Positions 37,067 to 50,630 of a stretch of DNA of 64,000 nt are shown here, piece by piece. How positions within the stretch are numbered: the first letter of the stretch is position 1; each line of letters opens with the position of its first letter. A program made the translations under genes and the position numbers. Source of the DNA: Octopus sinensis (lineage: Eukaryota); NCBI RefSeq assembly GCF_006345805.1, contig NC_043006.1, forward strand, positions 69,936,001-70,000,000. Direction: 5' to 3'. The notes below the pieces were generated by a model that saw nothing but the letters and a program-made list of their open reading frames with translations, ran no database searches and was not told where the DNA came from.

Positions 37067-37160
37067 CTCCCCCAATATCATCACTATCAACTAAGTGACG
37101 TGTGTTTCCTTCGCAGCAGCAGCAGCAGCAGCACCACCACCACCACCACTACCATCTGTT
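36400..37160. repeat. (ATC)n-based minisatellite with a higher-order unit
   Basis: GTCTCTTCTATCTCCATCATTATCAACATCATC recurs at about 36615, 36661 and 36787, with variants at about 36472 and 36925. Confidence 0.9.
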
Positions 37161-37350
37161 ACTATGGTGATGACAAGCAAGATGGACGGTATGTTTAATA
37201 GTTCAGAGATTGCCAAATCTTTCTGAACGTGACAAGAATACATTTTACTCATACGATTGGCCACCATCATCATCTCCATCATCATCACTGATATCACCCT
37301 CATCTTTTGGTTGATGAGCAAGCCTTCTCGCTCTGATTTTTTTCTTCGTT

Positions 37351-37410
<60 letters not shown>

Positions 37411-37557
37411 AATCTCACGCAACATGTGTTCTTTTTGTTTATTTGTTTGTTTGTTTGTTTTTTGGTTCTCTACGGTAACTGCAGTGAATTTGCCTTTAGA
37501 TGTTCAAATATGTCACAAACATTTTAACCAACCCAAAGTTCGTTTATACGTGCGTGC

Positions 37558-37618
<61 letters not shown>

Positions 37619-37941
37619 TTTGTGTGTGTTTGTGTGTTTGTGTGTGCTTGTGTGTGTGCTTGTGTGTGTGTGTGTTTGTGTATGTGTATGTGTACGTGTT
37701 CGTGTGTGTGCGTGTTTGTGTGTTTGTGTGTATGTGTTTGTATTGTGTGCGTGTTTTTGTGTGTGTGCGTGAGAAAGAGAAAGAGAGTATGTGTGTTGTG
37801 TACAATATACAGAGAGAGAGAGAGAGAGAGAGCAAGAAAGAAAGAAAGAGACAGACAGACAGAGAGAAAGACAGACAGACTGATACATACATAGCTGCAT
37901 GTGTTTGAATATATTGTATGTATCTTATATATGTGCATATA

Positions 37942-38232
37942 TGAGGTAGTATCATAAATTTCACGGAGTAGTTATGTTTCATATATAAAAACATAACTTA
38001 TTTACCTTAGTTTTAACATCATCTCCTTCGAAATAGGCACCTTGCGCAGCAATACACCAGTCCTGGCATTCCTGCCACTTTTGGAATCCGGCCTGAAAAT
38101 CGTTTTCCGTAAGCAACTCGAGGATCTTCTGCGATTCGGTGTCCATCTCGACGATGGTGTTGAAAAGGCGACCTTTGAGCGGCATTTTTATCTTAGGGAA
38201 GAGATGGAAGTCCGCAAGTGCTAAATCTGGCA
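37942..38232 (-). mobile_element. Mariner 3' end (transposase C-terminus plus TIR), a different subfamily
   Basis: PDLALADFHLFPKIKMPLKGR...CIAAQGAYFEGD; terminus TA|TGAGGTAGTATCATAAA. Confidence 0.85.
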
Positions 38233-38609
38233 AAAAAGGCGGATCAGAGATTGTAGTGTCGTTAAAATGTCAAACAAGAGGGTTTGTGATAGTTAGTTAC
38301 GTCTCTTTAAGTTCTTAATACAAATCACGAGTGCAAGCCAATAAGTCCATCATCGAGGTCGTTCCACAAATTTCCTTTCACTATGATTGACAATTAGCTC
38401 TCCAGTGTTCTGTAACCACGGTGGTCATATTTAAAAGCCTAATGATAGACACTTCCCTCTCCGGCCAGTCCCTCATCAACTGCTTAAAGTTCCCCTTGCC
38501 GTGGGTATAAAAACTTCCCAGTCGGAGGACAATCACCTGATTGGCTATACACTGCATGTAAAAAAAGAAGGATAACTAGTTGGTTCTACTCCGATAGATG
38601 TTATAAGAA

Positions 38610-38648
<39 letters not shown>

Positions 38649-38849
38649 TACTTGATTCTTCTATGATATCTCTTAGCAGGATCATGGAAGGACAACATAA
38701 TATATCAATCACAAAAATTTTCTCCGGAAAATATAGACACCAAATCAAACAAGAAAAGGCTTATAGACGTACATTTTAACATTTTTGACTCGTTTGACCG
38801 TCAAATGGTGACCCTCGGGTTTTTACGTTTGTGTCTGTATGACATAAGT

Positions 38850-39090
38850 GAATCATTTACTTTTATCAGTTCGCAGTGCCTTCTGTCTAGTGTCTGTGAC
38901 TGAGGAGGACACAACTACTCCGAAATGCTGCATCACACAGCCTTTATAGCTGGCGCTACGAACTGATCCACGTGTATCTACACCATTGTCAACCACGAAG
39001 AATTATCTCCATCACTAAACGCGGTGAATGACTTGTTTATTTGTCCAAACGTGCCACAACCATATTTGAACTGGGTGTGACATTGTACTT
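38850..39090 (+). mobile_element. PLE/retrozyme-like unit with a hammerhead (38887-38953)
   Basis: CTGTGA-CTGAGGA-GGA..TCC-GAAATGCTGCAT-C-ACACAG; homologous to 41030-41400. Confidence 0.6.
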
Positions 39091-40326
39091 ATTACATCAC
39101 GTGACCACGTGATCGACCAGGCTATCAGATGTTGCAACACGTCGCTGGTCACAATGCGCTTCGCCTGGACATTATATTTTTATCATTCTATTGTCTCAAT
39201 TCTTTGTATTACCTTTTGCCGACACCATGCATCACTCGTTTCATCGGATTCCATCATTTTCCAAGGTGCCTTATGATATTTTACTTTAGTGTCATCACAT
39301 TGTAATGTATTGCTACGTGTGCGCATGTTCTTTATCGTTTCCTTATTCTCATCAGAAATTTCATTACCTGTTATTTTATTACTTCCATCTTTTTTTATGC
39401 AGGTTCTCCTATCGTAAACGACAGATGATCGTTCTGCAGTTTCTTGCTGACAGCCTGCACAGATGATTTATTTACAGTGATCAAATGATTCTGCCACACA
39501 TAAGCTCACTTCCTCCACCAAGTCAATATACACTTATCTCTTTATCCACTAAGCTTCACCGCCTTTCAACCACTTATTATTTTCTTATTCCTTCTAAATC
39601 TCTTCTAATACAGCTCGTTCGTTCGTTCGTTAGTTAGTCAGTCAGTCAGTCCCTTAGTTAGTTGGTTAATTAATTAGTTAGTTAGTTAGTTAGTAGGTTG
39701 ATTAGTTGGTTAATTAGTTATTTTATTGGTTCCTTAGTTAGTTGATTGGTAGATTAAGTAAATAGATTAATTGGATAATTCTTCTTTTCTTCTCTTGTGT
39801 TTGGCCTGTTTTGTTTGTCTAACATTTGATAATTTCCGTTCTGTCTGTGTCAAAATGCCGGACACTTCATCAATCTTTATTGAATATGTTTATACAGATA
39901 GTCTCTCCCTCTCTCTCTCTTTCGCTCTCCCTTCCCTCTCTCTCTCTCTTGCTCTCCCTTCCTCCTCTCTCTTTCGCTCTCCCTTCCCCCTCTCTCTCTT
40001 GTTCTCTCTCCCCCTCTCTCTTTCGCTCTCCCTTTCCCCCTCTCTGCTTCTGTGTGTGTGTGTGTCTGTGATTTTATGCAGAGTAGAGTCAAATTTATTA
40101 TGAAGATTAATTCGGGTGGCGCTTCATTACACGCACGTACAAACACATACACATACATTCACACGCACACGCATACAAACACACACACATACAAACACAA
40201 ACACAAATATATATTTATGTGCGCGCGCACGTGTGTGTGTATGCGTGTGTGTGTTTATACGAGTGTGTATGCATATCCACTTTCTGTACCCGAGGATTGT
40301 TGAAGAGTGGAATAATATCAAACATA

Positions 40327-40774
40327 CGAGAGGCGTTCAATAAGTAATGCCCCTGTTTGATCTAGCTGAAATTTTGCATGTGCACTTATTTATACCTCTA
40401 TAGATTAATTGGCGAATTACAGCTCTGAAATAATTGTTGTTTCTGATTTACAGGTGTTTGAACTGAGTCAAGTGTGAAATGGAGCCTGTTGAGTGTCGAG
40501 CAGTGATCTGGCTTTTGTATTTGAAAGGACGCACACCACGGGAGACTTTTGATGAAATGAAAGTAACTTATGGTGATGATGCCCCATCATATGACCTTGT
40601 AAAACGCTGGCATTGTGAATTCAAACATAGTCGGAACTCTGTGGAAACAGCTTCCATATCTGGTCGCCCCCTTCTGCCGTTGATGAGACGTCTGTCCGTC
40701 AAGTTGAGGCTGCCATTTTGGAAGGTCAACGCATAACTATTCGCCAGGACGGAGTAGTGATGACAGATTTCCTG
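40327..40774 (+). mobile_element. 5' portion of the same mariner family as 467-1759, internally deleted
   Basis: TA|CGAGAGGCGTTCAATAAGTAATGCCCCTG; MEPVECRAVIW...; jumps from ITIRQ to QDGVVMTDFL at about 40746. Confidence 0.92.
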
Positions 40775-40783
40775 TATCAAACG

Positions 40784-40831
<48 letters not shown>

Positions 40832-40857
40832 TGTGTGTGTACGTTTGTGTGTCTGTG

Positions 40858-41028
40858 TTTGTCCCCCAACATCGCTTGACAACCGATGCTGGTGTGTTTA
40901 TGTCCCTGTAACATAGCGGTTCGGCGAAAGAGACAGATAGAATAAGTCCTGGGGTCGATTTGCTCGAATAAAGGCAGTGCTCTAGTATGGCCACAGTCAA
41001 ATGACAGAAACAAGTAAAAGATTAAAAG
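40858..41028 (+). mobile_element. SINE B 3' half
   Basis: TTTGTCCCCAACATCGCTTGACAACCGATG...AAACAAGTAAAAGA. Confidence 0.9.
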
Positions 41029-41029
41029 A

Positions 41030-41400
41030 GAATGGTGTAGATACACCTGGATCAGTTCGTAGCCCCAGCTATAAAGACTGTGTGATGCAGCATTTCGGAG
41101 TAGTTGTTTCCTCTTCAGTCACAGACACTGGGCAGATGGCACTGCGAACTGATAATAGTGATTCTCTTATACTATTTCAGTCACGGTACGATGGCTGATA
41201 ACGCTATGCAGCGGCTCACCGTAAGTAATTTACGAAGTAAGAACCCTAACAGTCTGGAAAGGGGGCGCTGCGAACTGATCTAGATGTATTTACACCATTG
41301 TCAGCAGCGGGAAATTTTCTCCATAGCAAAACACAGTGAATATCATCTTGTTTATTAGTCCAAACGTACCGCAAGCATATTTGAACTGTCAGTGATGTTG
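41030..41400. mobile_element. Inverted pair of fragments of the 38850 family; hammerhead at 41065-41131 (minus)
   Basis: 41030-41150 is a minus copy with core CTGAAGA; 41263-41400 is a plus copy starting GGCGCTGCGAACTGATC. Confidence 0.65.
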
Positions 41401-41599
41401 CATTCAGACACTTTCCTCATAAACCAGCTCTTCAAGTACTTCTCTAAGTTCCCAGTGAAGAAGCGATGCCGTTTTCCTGTAGAAATTTGCTGAAAGGAGG
41501 ATGAGAATGCTGGAAATGGCTTACATGAAGGAATTCACTCTTAGCTTACACCTGTAGTTTGGCAAACACAAATCAGGTTTGTGTCTAAGGTACTGCTCC

Positions 41600-43300
41600 T
41601 CCTACAGGAACATCTCGCTTCCTGCTTTTATTTTGTAAAACCCAATTTGTTTTTCATAATCGATTTTCCATAGCTGGCTCCACTCCTTTGTTATCCTTGC
41701 AATGTCTCGGTCATCTTTCTCGCTTGTGTCAAGTAATAAAGAAAAGATAAATAAAACGATTCATCAGTTTTCCCAGTAATTATATTTTTATCGCATGATT
41801 TTATGGCACTGCCGAGCACGCCTCAATGAACCTTAGGTAACTGCTGTGTTTTATTTTGTATTTTGAATTGAGAGTTTCTCTGCGAAGTGTGTAATGCTAT
41901 TGTCTTTATATATTTTTCATATTTGTAAGTTCTGCCTGTTTGATATACACTTTTAATCCCCACATTCAGGTTACTTCGATTTCTAGGTCTTTTTTCTTAT
42001 TTTTAAGATAAAATTTCTACCTCTTTTACAGATACTATATTTTCTGCTGAGATTGCTATTTTGTTCAAGATGCAACTCTTTTCCAACTGTCATTGGCAAC
42101 AACATCTGGTCAAATAACTTTGTCAATGCAGATTTGCATCTTTCAAAGTACAGTCACTTTTCCATTCTTTGTGACCTTATCTGATGTATGTGTATACCGC
42201 CCCTTTCCTTCTGGTATTTTTCAATTTCAATTTTGTCATGTTTTTACGTGTATCTTCCTTGGCTAACTATCAGCACCCAGGGACAATATCGTTAAATGTT
42301 TCTTCCCATTCTTCACGTATTTTACAGTTAATTAAGATATTCTGCATACATGCTGTTCGTGGTTTCTATTGGGAACGCCGTGACCCAATGCCGCCATCAA
42401 GACAACTTCAAGCCCAATTTTGAATCTATTGTTTCCCAACCAATGTAGTAGTTCTGTCTTTAGCCCTAGGCTTCATCAGACCAGTTACCCGGTATCCATG
42501 GCATATAAACGACCGAGATCAGAACGGGACGCCGGTCTGTCGCAAGGTTACTCATTTATAGCTGAATAAGTGTTTTGCTCATCAACACAACACAGCACCC
42601 TACCAGGGAATCGAAACCATGTGACGATTGGGAGTGTAACACCCTATCCACTAAGCAACGCGCTTTATATTTCTTTGTCTATTTCTGTCTCGTTAACTTC
42701 AGCTAATTAACGGATTTGTTTGCCACCCTTTTAGCTTTGCATTTTTTTGCATCCCGTTTTTGTCTAATAAATGGAACAGCTAGAGTATTTGTAGCTATTA
42801 TTTTGGTTTCTTTATCTTCATCTGTTTTGAATATTTAACTAATGCCTGTTTTTGATACCTCTTCCTAACATTGTTTTTCTTCTTCGTTCTATTATGTCTA
42901 GATCTTGATTCTTGATTATTTATAGCTCTGTATTTACTCTAATTTTCTTATCAAACATGACATTAGTGTATTTAAATAATTTCCATTAGTTTTGGGGGTT
43001 TTTTTCAGTGTTATGTTGGCACATTTTTCTAATCCGAATCTCGTTTCTTTTATTTTGTAGCTCTTCATGTACTTTGCTTATTTGGGTTTTAATCGTCTTT
43101 TATGAGTGGATTTCAGAGAATACCCACTATACTTTGTTACTCCTGCGTATATAAATTCATTTAACAAAGTGATATTCATGTTCGTGTCTGTTTTGATTAG
43201 ACATGCGATAGTTAAGTTTGCGATTTATATTACTGAGGCTATTTCAATGTTCATTTTTAGAGGTACCTTCATAGATTTATCAAATTTTATTCTTTAATCA
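41600..43300 (-). mobile_element. Highly decayed R4/Dong-like LINE remnant
   Basis: Patchy motifs RFGLEKCANITLK..LE.IQSYK (RT) and LLDTS..D.DI..LWK (RLE-like). Confidence 0.45.
42470..42665 (-). mobile_element. tRNA-derived SINE family D
   Basis: Minus strand GCGCGTTGCTTAGTGGATAGG...GTTTCGATTCCC...GTGTTG..GAGCAAAACACTT. Confidence 0.7.
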
Positions 43301-44149
43301 TTTCCACCTCTTGATTATTGTCATCATCATAGTTTCCGTTTTGAAAACCCCCTATTTTATTGTTCTGTTTCGTTTTGTTTTTTTTTTTGTTGTTTTTTTT
43401 TCTTGCTTTACTTTCTTCTTTTTTTTTCTCTACGAGTTCTGGGTTGGGATTGGTCGTGTTTTGTCATTTATTTGAATTGCTTTGTACATTTTAGGTGTAT
43501 CTTGCTATTTAAGTTCGAAATGTTTTTCTTTTATTTTTGTCAATATTTTACGCTCATTGTATTTTCTTTACATATTCTTTAAGCGTTTTATTCAATTTCT
43601 GATATTCTTTAGCGTTGACAATGTGTCATCTTAAGTTAGCAAACCTGTCTGGATTCTAGATCAGGGTTATATTCTCAAAAAGCTTTATACAAAAATGTTG
43701 TCGTTGTTTCATTGCAGGAGTAGTGTGTGGCGATAAAACATGCATGCACTATAGAAATGTATTCTCGTATTTATTTATGCTTTGTCTTGTTTGCAAGACA
43801 TGATGAAAAAATTCCGGTCCTGTATTTAACGTTTCGTTGTTGTAGTGGTTTCTAAAAACCGACAAGTAAAAACATTTCCATATCATTATTTATAGGAGGT
43901 AAAAATCAATAAATTTCAAAGCAAATCAGCGTAATATTTCCAGTTATCCTTCATTCTTTTTGTCATTTTCTGACACTTCGCTTCGTTTGTTTGTTTATAT
44001 AAAGAGTGAATCGGTCTGGTGCTTCGTTAGTTTATTTACAAATATTCTTTTCCACTCGCCTTCTTTTTATTGCACGTTATCACTGTAGCACCGAGTTGTG
44101 TGCAGTGCTTTATTTTATTTTTGCTGTTGTTTTTACTGCATCTGGAGTG

Positions 44150-46200
44150 TTCCAGGTAATATGTACGCAGTGCCTAAAACTGCTAATTTATTTATGCTGT
44201 GTATATTTGATTTCGGTTACGTATTTGTTTGTTTGTTTGTTCGTTTGTTTTCATCCCCCAAACATCTATTATTATACAGACTGCTTTTGTGGTCAGGTTC
44301 TGTATTCGGCATATCTTTATATTTGGATAATTTCTCCATTTCTTTGAAAGAGACATCATCATCTGTTGGGACTGCTACTTCGATTAGGAGGCATCTGAAT
44401 TTCTGAATCGATTAGCTTTGATCTCCCGGGCTGTGTCTATTGTCATATCCAAGAGTATGTTTACTCTATTATTCCTCAAAACATATTCTGCTGTATATTT
44501 GCAGCTTCTCTTTTCTGTCGTTAGATTGCTAAAATAACAGCCAGTGTAAGTCCCGACTTTGTCACGTCTGCTTCAATTATTCTTTCTCGTCTATCACAAA
44601 ACAAGCTGAAACAGCGGGGTTAGATTCTGACCCATCTCCACATATTCTTCAATTATTGCATTTCGTTGTATTATATGCTTTTGGAGATTTCTTGTATGAA
44701 AACTGACCCTGTGTGCAATCAGGAATCCTTTAGACTCAGCCTTGAGCTCTGAGCTTCTCAACTAATGCTATGCTTTTCTTTTCACCCCCACCACCCATCT
44801 CCAGCTTATTAATTCTGTTCAGCTTTTAACCAAGTAGTAACTTTTCCTGTCATCCTTTTACATTAGCATTCTGTAACCCTGATTTTGTTTTAGATTTTAA
44901 CTGTTTCAGAATTTCTGTAGTTGTTCTTTGTTTTCATAACTATCTGTCATTTTATTGTTGGTTTCCGTGTAAGCAGACGACAGTCGCTTCAGTCAGTCAA
45001 TACTTTGTAGCTATTTGTATTAACCTCTCATATTCCATTGCTCGATATTTTTCTACTTCTAGAGTGAATATTTTACAATAGATTTTTTTTATAGTTAAAA
45101 ACAATCTCTTTCTATGTCAGATTTGAAGTCGCTTAATTTAAACACAGACATTCTTGTTTTTATTATCTAATGTTTCTGGTTCGTTTACCATCCAGTTATG
45201 AATATAACTATATATTTTACTAAGAGAGGTACAGCATTGATACCTGCCACATTACAGTTTGTGTTTAGCCTTGTTTAAATACAAATCTAAAGATTTAATT
45301 TAGGAACGAGTAGGCACCTAAAACATTTTCGTACTTAATTTTGTCTTTCATTTATGTGTTCGATATTCACTGCCTTTATCATTGATTACTAAGAATTGGG
45401 TTGTCCGGAAAGTTCGTGCCGATTTATAGTAGCTTACCTTTCGACTTATTTTAGAACATGATTGAGTCCGTAAAATAGGATTTGACTACACCTCCATTTA
45501 GAGCACAGCTTAAGCTATCTTTTCGTGGAAGAAGGTTTATGTTCCTATAATCTGTGCTAATTTTGTAACCCTTTAAAATGGAAGATAAAAAAGTTCATTT
45601 TCAGCACTTGATGCTTTGGGAACCAGACAAAAATTGCTGCAGCTTGGCTGGGATGTATTACCCCACCCTCCATATTCACCAGATATTGCTCCTTTGGATT
45701 TCCACTTATTCAGGTCTCTGCAGAATAGTCTTAATGGTAAAAATTTCAATTCCATGGCTGACGTAAAAAGATAGCTTGATGAATTTTTTGCCATGAAATC
45801 ACCTCAATTCTGAGGAGAGGGTATTTTCAAGTTAAAGGAAAGATGGAGGTGCATTGTGCAACAAAACGGTTCATATTTGGCTGATTAAAAATGTAATGGC
45901 AAGTATTTATTGACCTTTTCCTTTCGGCACGAACTTTCCGGACAACCAAATATTACTAAAATAACTAAATATGTGTATGATCATATTCGGTCAATGTTTC
46001 TTTTAATTTCTTATCTAGCACAATATTATAGCTCATATTTGTTTTCAGTGCATATTTTTCTAATCCAGATCCAGATAAAATTTTATTAATCCATGCACTG
46101 CCTGCAGTAATGTTTCTAATTTGTTGGCTTTTTATTTGTTCTTGTTTTTTCATTTGTAGTGTACAACTTGTAGTTGTCCATGTATAAAATACGGTTTATT
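44150..46200 (-). mobile_element. Decayed R4/Dong-clade LINE interrupted by a mariner MITE
   Basis: ILLDMTI.TAREIKANR..CLLIEVAVPTDDDVSFKEMEKLSKYKD; ESKGFLIAH..TRNLQKHI; upstream extent is less certain. Confidence 0.65.
45395..45951 (+). mobile_element. Internally deleted mariner (557-bp MITE-like derivative)
   Basis: 28-bp TIRs ATT(G/T)GGTTGTCCGGAAAGTTCGTGCCGA; MEDKKVHFQHLMLW joined out of frame to TRQKLLQLGWDVLPHPPYSPDIAPLDFHLF...IVQQNGSY. Confidence 0.92.
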
Positions 46201-46225
46201 GTTTTACATTAGCATTTATATTTAA

Positions 46226-46731
46226 CTAGCAGTATCGCCCGGCGTTGCTCGGGTTTGTAAGGGAAATAACTATATAAGCATTTTTAGAGAGTTACTTCCC
46301 TTATAAATTCGGGCTTTCTTAGCCATTTTTGTTTTGGTGTCTTCAAGCCATGAAGTCGTTGTTCTAAAAGAACGCTGGTTTCCTTCACAACGCATTACGA
46401 CGTTGATTTCTTTACACTCCCTTCCCCACAGCTTCACGAGGGAGGGAAGGGGGAGAAGCAAACAGGTGCAGCTGTGAGCGTGGACGCCAACTCCGCCGCC
46501 ATCGACGTACGATGCATTTTATGCATTAAAATGGAATAAAAAATTATGTTAAATTATTTTTAAAATCGTAGACTCATCGTTGACGCGCGCTAATAGTCAG
46601 ACGGGCTCGATATGAATCACGACTATAAGATACCCGAATTTGGTTAAACTGCACCGCAAAATGTGGGAGGAGTTAGGAATCTAAATCGAAGGGGACAGAC
46701 ACTCACACAACTAGAGTTTTATATATATAGA
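46226..46731 (-). mobile_element. Non-autonomous Helitron family 1 (506 bp)
   Basis: Same termini as 18926-19561; A^T target. Confidence 0.9.
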
Positions 46732-47252
46732 TGAGCATTTTATATGCAAGTGCAGTCCTGTTACCATGTTGCATAGCTTTCCTCTGCGAAATATACTCAA
46801 ATGGTATTGGTTAAACCGGGGTTACCGTAGGGGACACTTTGCTTAAGATACTATGCAGTGGAACTGAACCTCGAAATAAGGGGTTTCGAAACCGACTACT
46901 TAGATACGCAGCTATACCCTATAAAATTTTCTACAGCTTCCACCATATCTTTTCTATCCGGATGCAAAGTCAACTGTAACCGACTGCTTGATCAAATTTT
47001 AAACTGATTACAAACATCATTGGAGTATCTAAAATGTAAGGAACCCCCATTGTAGAGCAGTAGTCTAGCTGGGATGGGAGACTATGAAGGTAGTCTGCCA
47101 CGAATGATGATTTATGGGTTGGCACCTTTGGGTCTGTTGTATTAGCCTGTATAGGAGACAGAGGGTGCTGGTAGCAAACTGAAGGGTTGTACCGGACGGC
47201 TCAAACTGAAGCTACGGCATTGCTGTAGGGTTCAGGAAATTGTTAGAAATGA

Positions 47253-47322
47253 TAACTAAAGGCGGTGCTGCAGCATGGCCACACTCAAATGACTGAAACA
47301 AGTAAAAGAGTAAAAGAGTATA
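47253..47322 (+). mobile_element. SINE B 3' tip
   Basis: ACTAAAGGCGGTGCTGCAGCATGGCC...AAGTAAAAGAGTAAAAGAGT. Confidence 0.85.
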
Positions 47323-47520
47323 CCATCGGCATCACCACTTTTATCAAAACCACCCCCTACCATCGGTAGTGTAATACTACAATGTATTAACATCACCAAC
47401 ACCACAAACAAAACCACCAATACCACCATCATACCATCACAACAACCACAACTACTACTACTACTACTACAAATATATCCACTACTATCAGTACTGCAAT
47501 ACTGCCACCATCAATACCTA

Positions 47521-47653
47521 TTTCTTTATTACCCACAAGGGGCTAAACATAGAGGGGACAAACAAGGACAGATATAGGTATTAAGTCGATTACATCGACC
47601 CTAGTGTGGAACTGGTACTTAATTTATCGACACCGAAAGGATGAAAGGCAAAG
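47521..47653 (-). mobile_element. 5'-truncated SINE A
   Basis: Tail and body only, embedded in an ACC/ACT low-complexity tract. Confidence 0.9.
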
Positions 47654-47820
47654 CCACAACAACCACCACTACTACCACCATTACCATTATCACTACCACC
47701 ACAACCACCACCACTACCACTACCAGCACCACTACTACAAGCACTATCACCCTCACTACCACCACAAACAACGCTACCGCTATAACCACCACTACTACTA
47801 CAAACACCATTACCACTACC

Positions 47821-48056
47821 TATTTCTTTACTGCCCACAAGGGGCTAGACACAGAGAGGACAAACAAGGACAAACAAACGGATTAAGTCGATTACATCGA
47901 CCCCAGTGCGTTACTGGTACTTAATTTATCGACCCCGAAAAATGAAAGGTAAAGTCGACCTCGACGGAATTTGAACTTACAACGTAACGGTAGACGAAAT
48001 ACCGCAAGGTATTTCGCCTGCGCCTGGCGTGCTAACGTTTCTGCCAGCTCGCTGCC
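47821..48056 (-). mobile_element. Full-length SINE A
   Basis: Head GGCAGCGAGCTGGCAGAAACGTTAG through tail GGGCAGTAAAGAAA. Confidence 0.93.
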
Positions 48057-48567
48057 ACCAGCACTATAATACTACAATGTGCTAACGCTACTACCATTAC
48101 AACGATTACCACCACACCATCCCCACCTCCAACACACCATCGCCAAACCACTACCACTACCACAAATACTACAAACATCGACACAACAATAAATGTCTGT
48201 TATAATTCAAGACAATTACCTTGCGTCTCGCATGATTTCAATATTCCACTAATTTAATTTGCATACAGTCTGTCTGTGCGTCGCGTGCGTCGTGAGTATA
48301 TGTGCGCGTATGGTATGGACGTCTGAATGTATGTATGTATGCATGTATGTATGTGTGTGTGTATGTATATATGTATGTATGTGTGTATGTGTGTATGAAT
48401 GTATATATGTATGTCTGTATAGTTATGTCTATATCTATGTGTATACGTATGTACGTCCTGCATACATATATAATATACATGTATATATATATATATGCGT
48501 GTGTATGCGCACGCGCATGTCTGTAGATGTATATATACATATATATATATATATATGTACGTATGGA

Positions 48568-48613
<46 letters not shown>

Positions 48614-48634
48614 GTGTATATATATACATGTACG

Positions 48635-48665
<31 letters not shown>

Positions 48666-48854
48666 ATATATATATATATATATTCTCGACAGGAAAAGGT
48701 CCATCCTTGATTTTAAAACGCCTACATCTACTTTGTGCAGGATCCTAAGGCACTTTGGAGAATATTAAAGAAAACTGTGGGCCCCTGAAACCCAGAGGTG
48801 TGGGCCCTTGAAATCGATATTTATGTACGTATGTGTGTGTATATATATATATAA

Positions 48855-48929
<75 letters not shown>

Positions 48930-49099
48930 TATATATACATATAATTTTATCATTAAGAACATTTTGACACCGGTTTCAGTTATTCAACTCTTTCAACTCG
49001 AGTATGGAAAACAATTATCTTTTGGAAACATTAAATGAAATTTTTTTTAAAAGATTATTTGCATAGTAATCGAATACAAGGGGCATTTTCCTTGTTTCT

Positions 49100-49111
49100 G
49101 CCTATAAATAT

Positions 49112-49195
<84 letters not shown>

Positions 49196-49199
49196 TTAT

Positions 49200-49258
<59 letters not shown>

Positions 49259-49291
49259 ATATATATATACATACATACATACATACATACA

Positions 49292-49323
<32 letters not shown>

Positions 49324-49330
49324 CACGTCT
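49100..49330. repeat. (TATC)n(TC)n(TACA)n compound microsatellite
   Basis: Directly visible. Confidence 0.95.
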
Positions 49331-49478
49331 ATATATATTTATACATATATAGTTATAGATATATATATACATACGAGAGGATTGTGTATTGTTTGTAAAG
49401 AATATAGTCTTAATGGTACAACAATGCACTATAATACAAACAATCGACTATATACCTATATAGTCCATATGTATATAC

Positions 49479-49516
<38 letters not shown>

Positions 49517-49595
49517 GAACATATACATATATATATATATGTATATATACATGAATATGCACAAACACATATACATACATATATATATATATGTA

Positions 49596-49641
<46 letters not shown>

Positions 49642-49748
49642 GTGTGTGTGTGTGTGTGTGTAACAATGTTCGTGCTGCACTTTTAGTAACTCTTGAAATC
49701 TTTCGTTTTGATTTTAAATTGCGTCTAGCCATCTTAATCATTATATAT

Positions 49749-49818
<70 letters not shown>

Positions 49819-50151
49819 CTGTAATCAGAGAATCGATTAACTCGCTGGTAGTCACAATATTGTTTGGTAAAAAGATGGGAAACTGTGAAAGGAATCTGGG
49901 TCAACGAGAGAGTGTGATGTCATTGCGCTTTGAGACAATGCAAACAATGACATTTCGATTAGACGAGATTCAGTATCTCCAATGATGAACAGAAGGTGTC
50001 TGAAGTAAGAAGTTAAATTTACATGACTGCTACATAGAAGAGGTTAATAGCGAAACGTGATGATCATTATTTGCTGCCTAGCAACAAGTTTACTGTTATA
50101 TATACATGTGTGTGTGAGTGTCTGTAAATATATATATATACATGAATCTCC

Positions 50152-50182
<31 letters not shown>

Positions 50183-50195
50183 GTGTGTTGTGTGT

Positions 50196-50232
<37 letters not shown>

Positions 50233-50504
50233 GTGTGTGTGTGTGTTTATATGTATATATATATAGGTGTATATGTAAACTTGCATATACATATATATAC
50301 ACACACACACATATATATATATATGCATACATATACATATATATATTATATAGATATATGTATAGTCATACATCTCTCTCTCTTTGTATATATATATATA
50401 TATATACAGAAGGAGAGAGAGTCCCTGATCGATAGACAGATGCATACAAGATGCATGCATACATACATGAACACACACATACATACATACGTACGTACAT
50501 ACAC

Positions 50505-50535
<31 letters not shown>

Positions 50536-50597
50536 CACACGTACATACATACATACATACATACATACATACATACATACATACATACATACATACA

Positions 50598-50630
<33 letters not shown>

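Noticed and set aside
38490-38550. TATAAAA and an inverted CCAAT (ATTGG) as a promoter
   Set aside because: The order and spacing are wrong and such motifs are expected by chance. No linked gene was found.
48960-49010. Hammerhead-like GAAACCGGT with an AGTT/AACT stem on the minus strand
   Set aside because: There is a G at the cleavage position and no stem I pairing.
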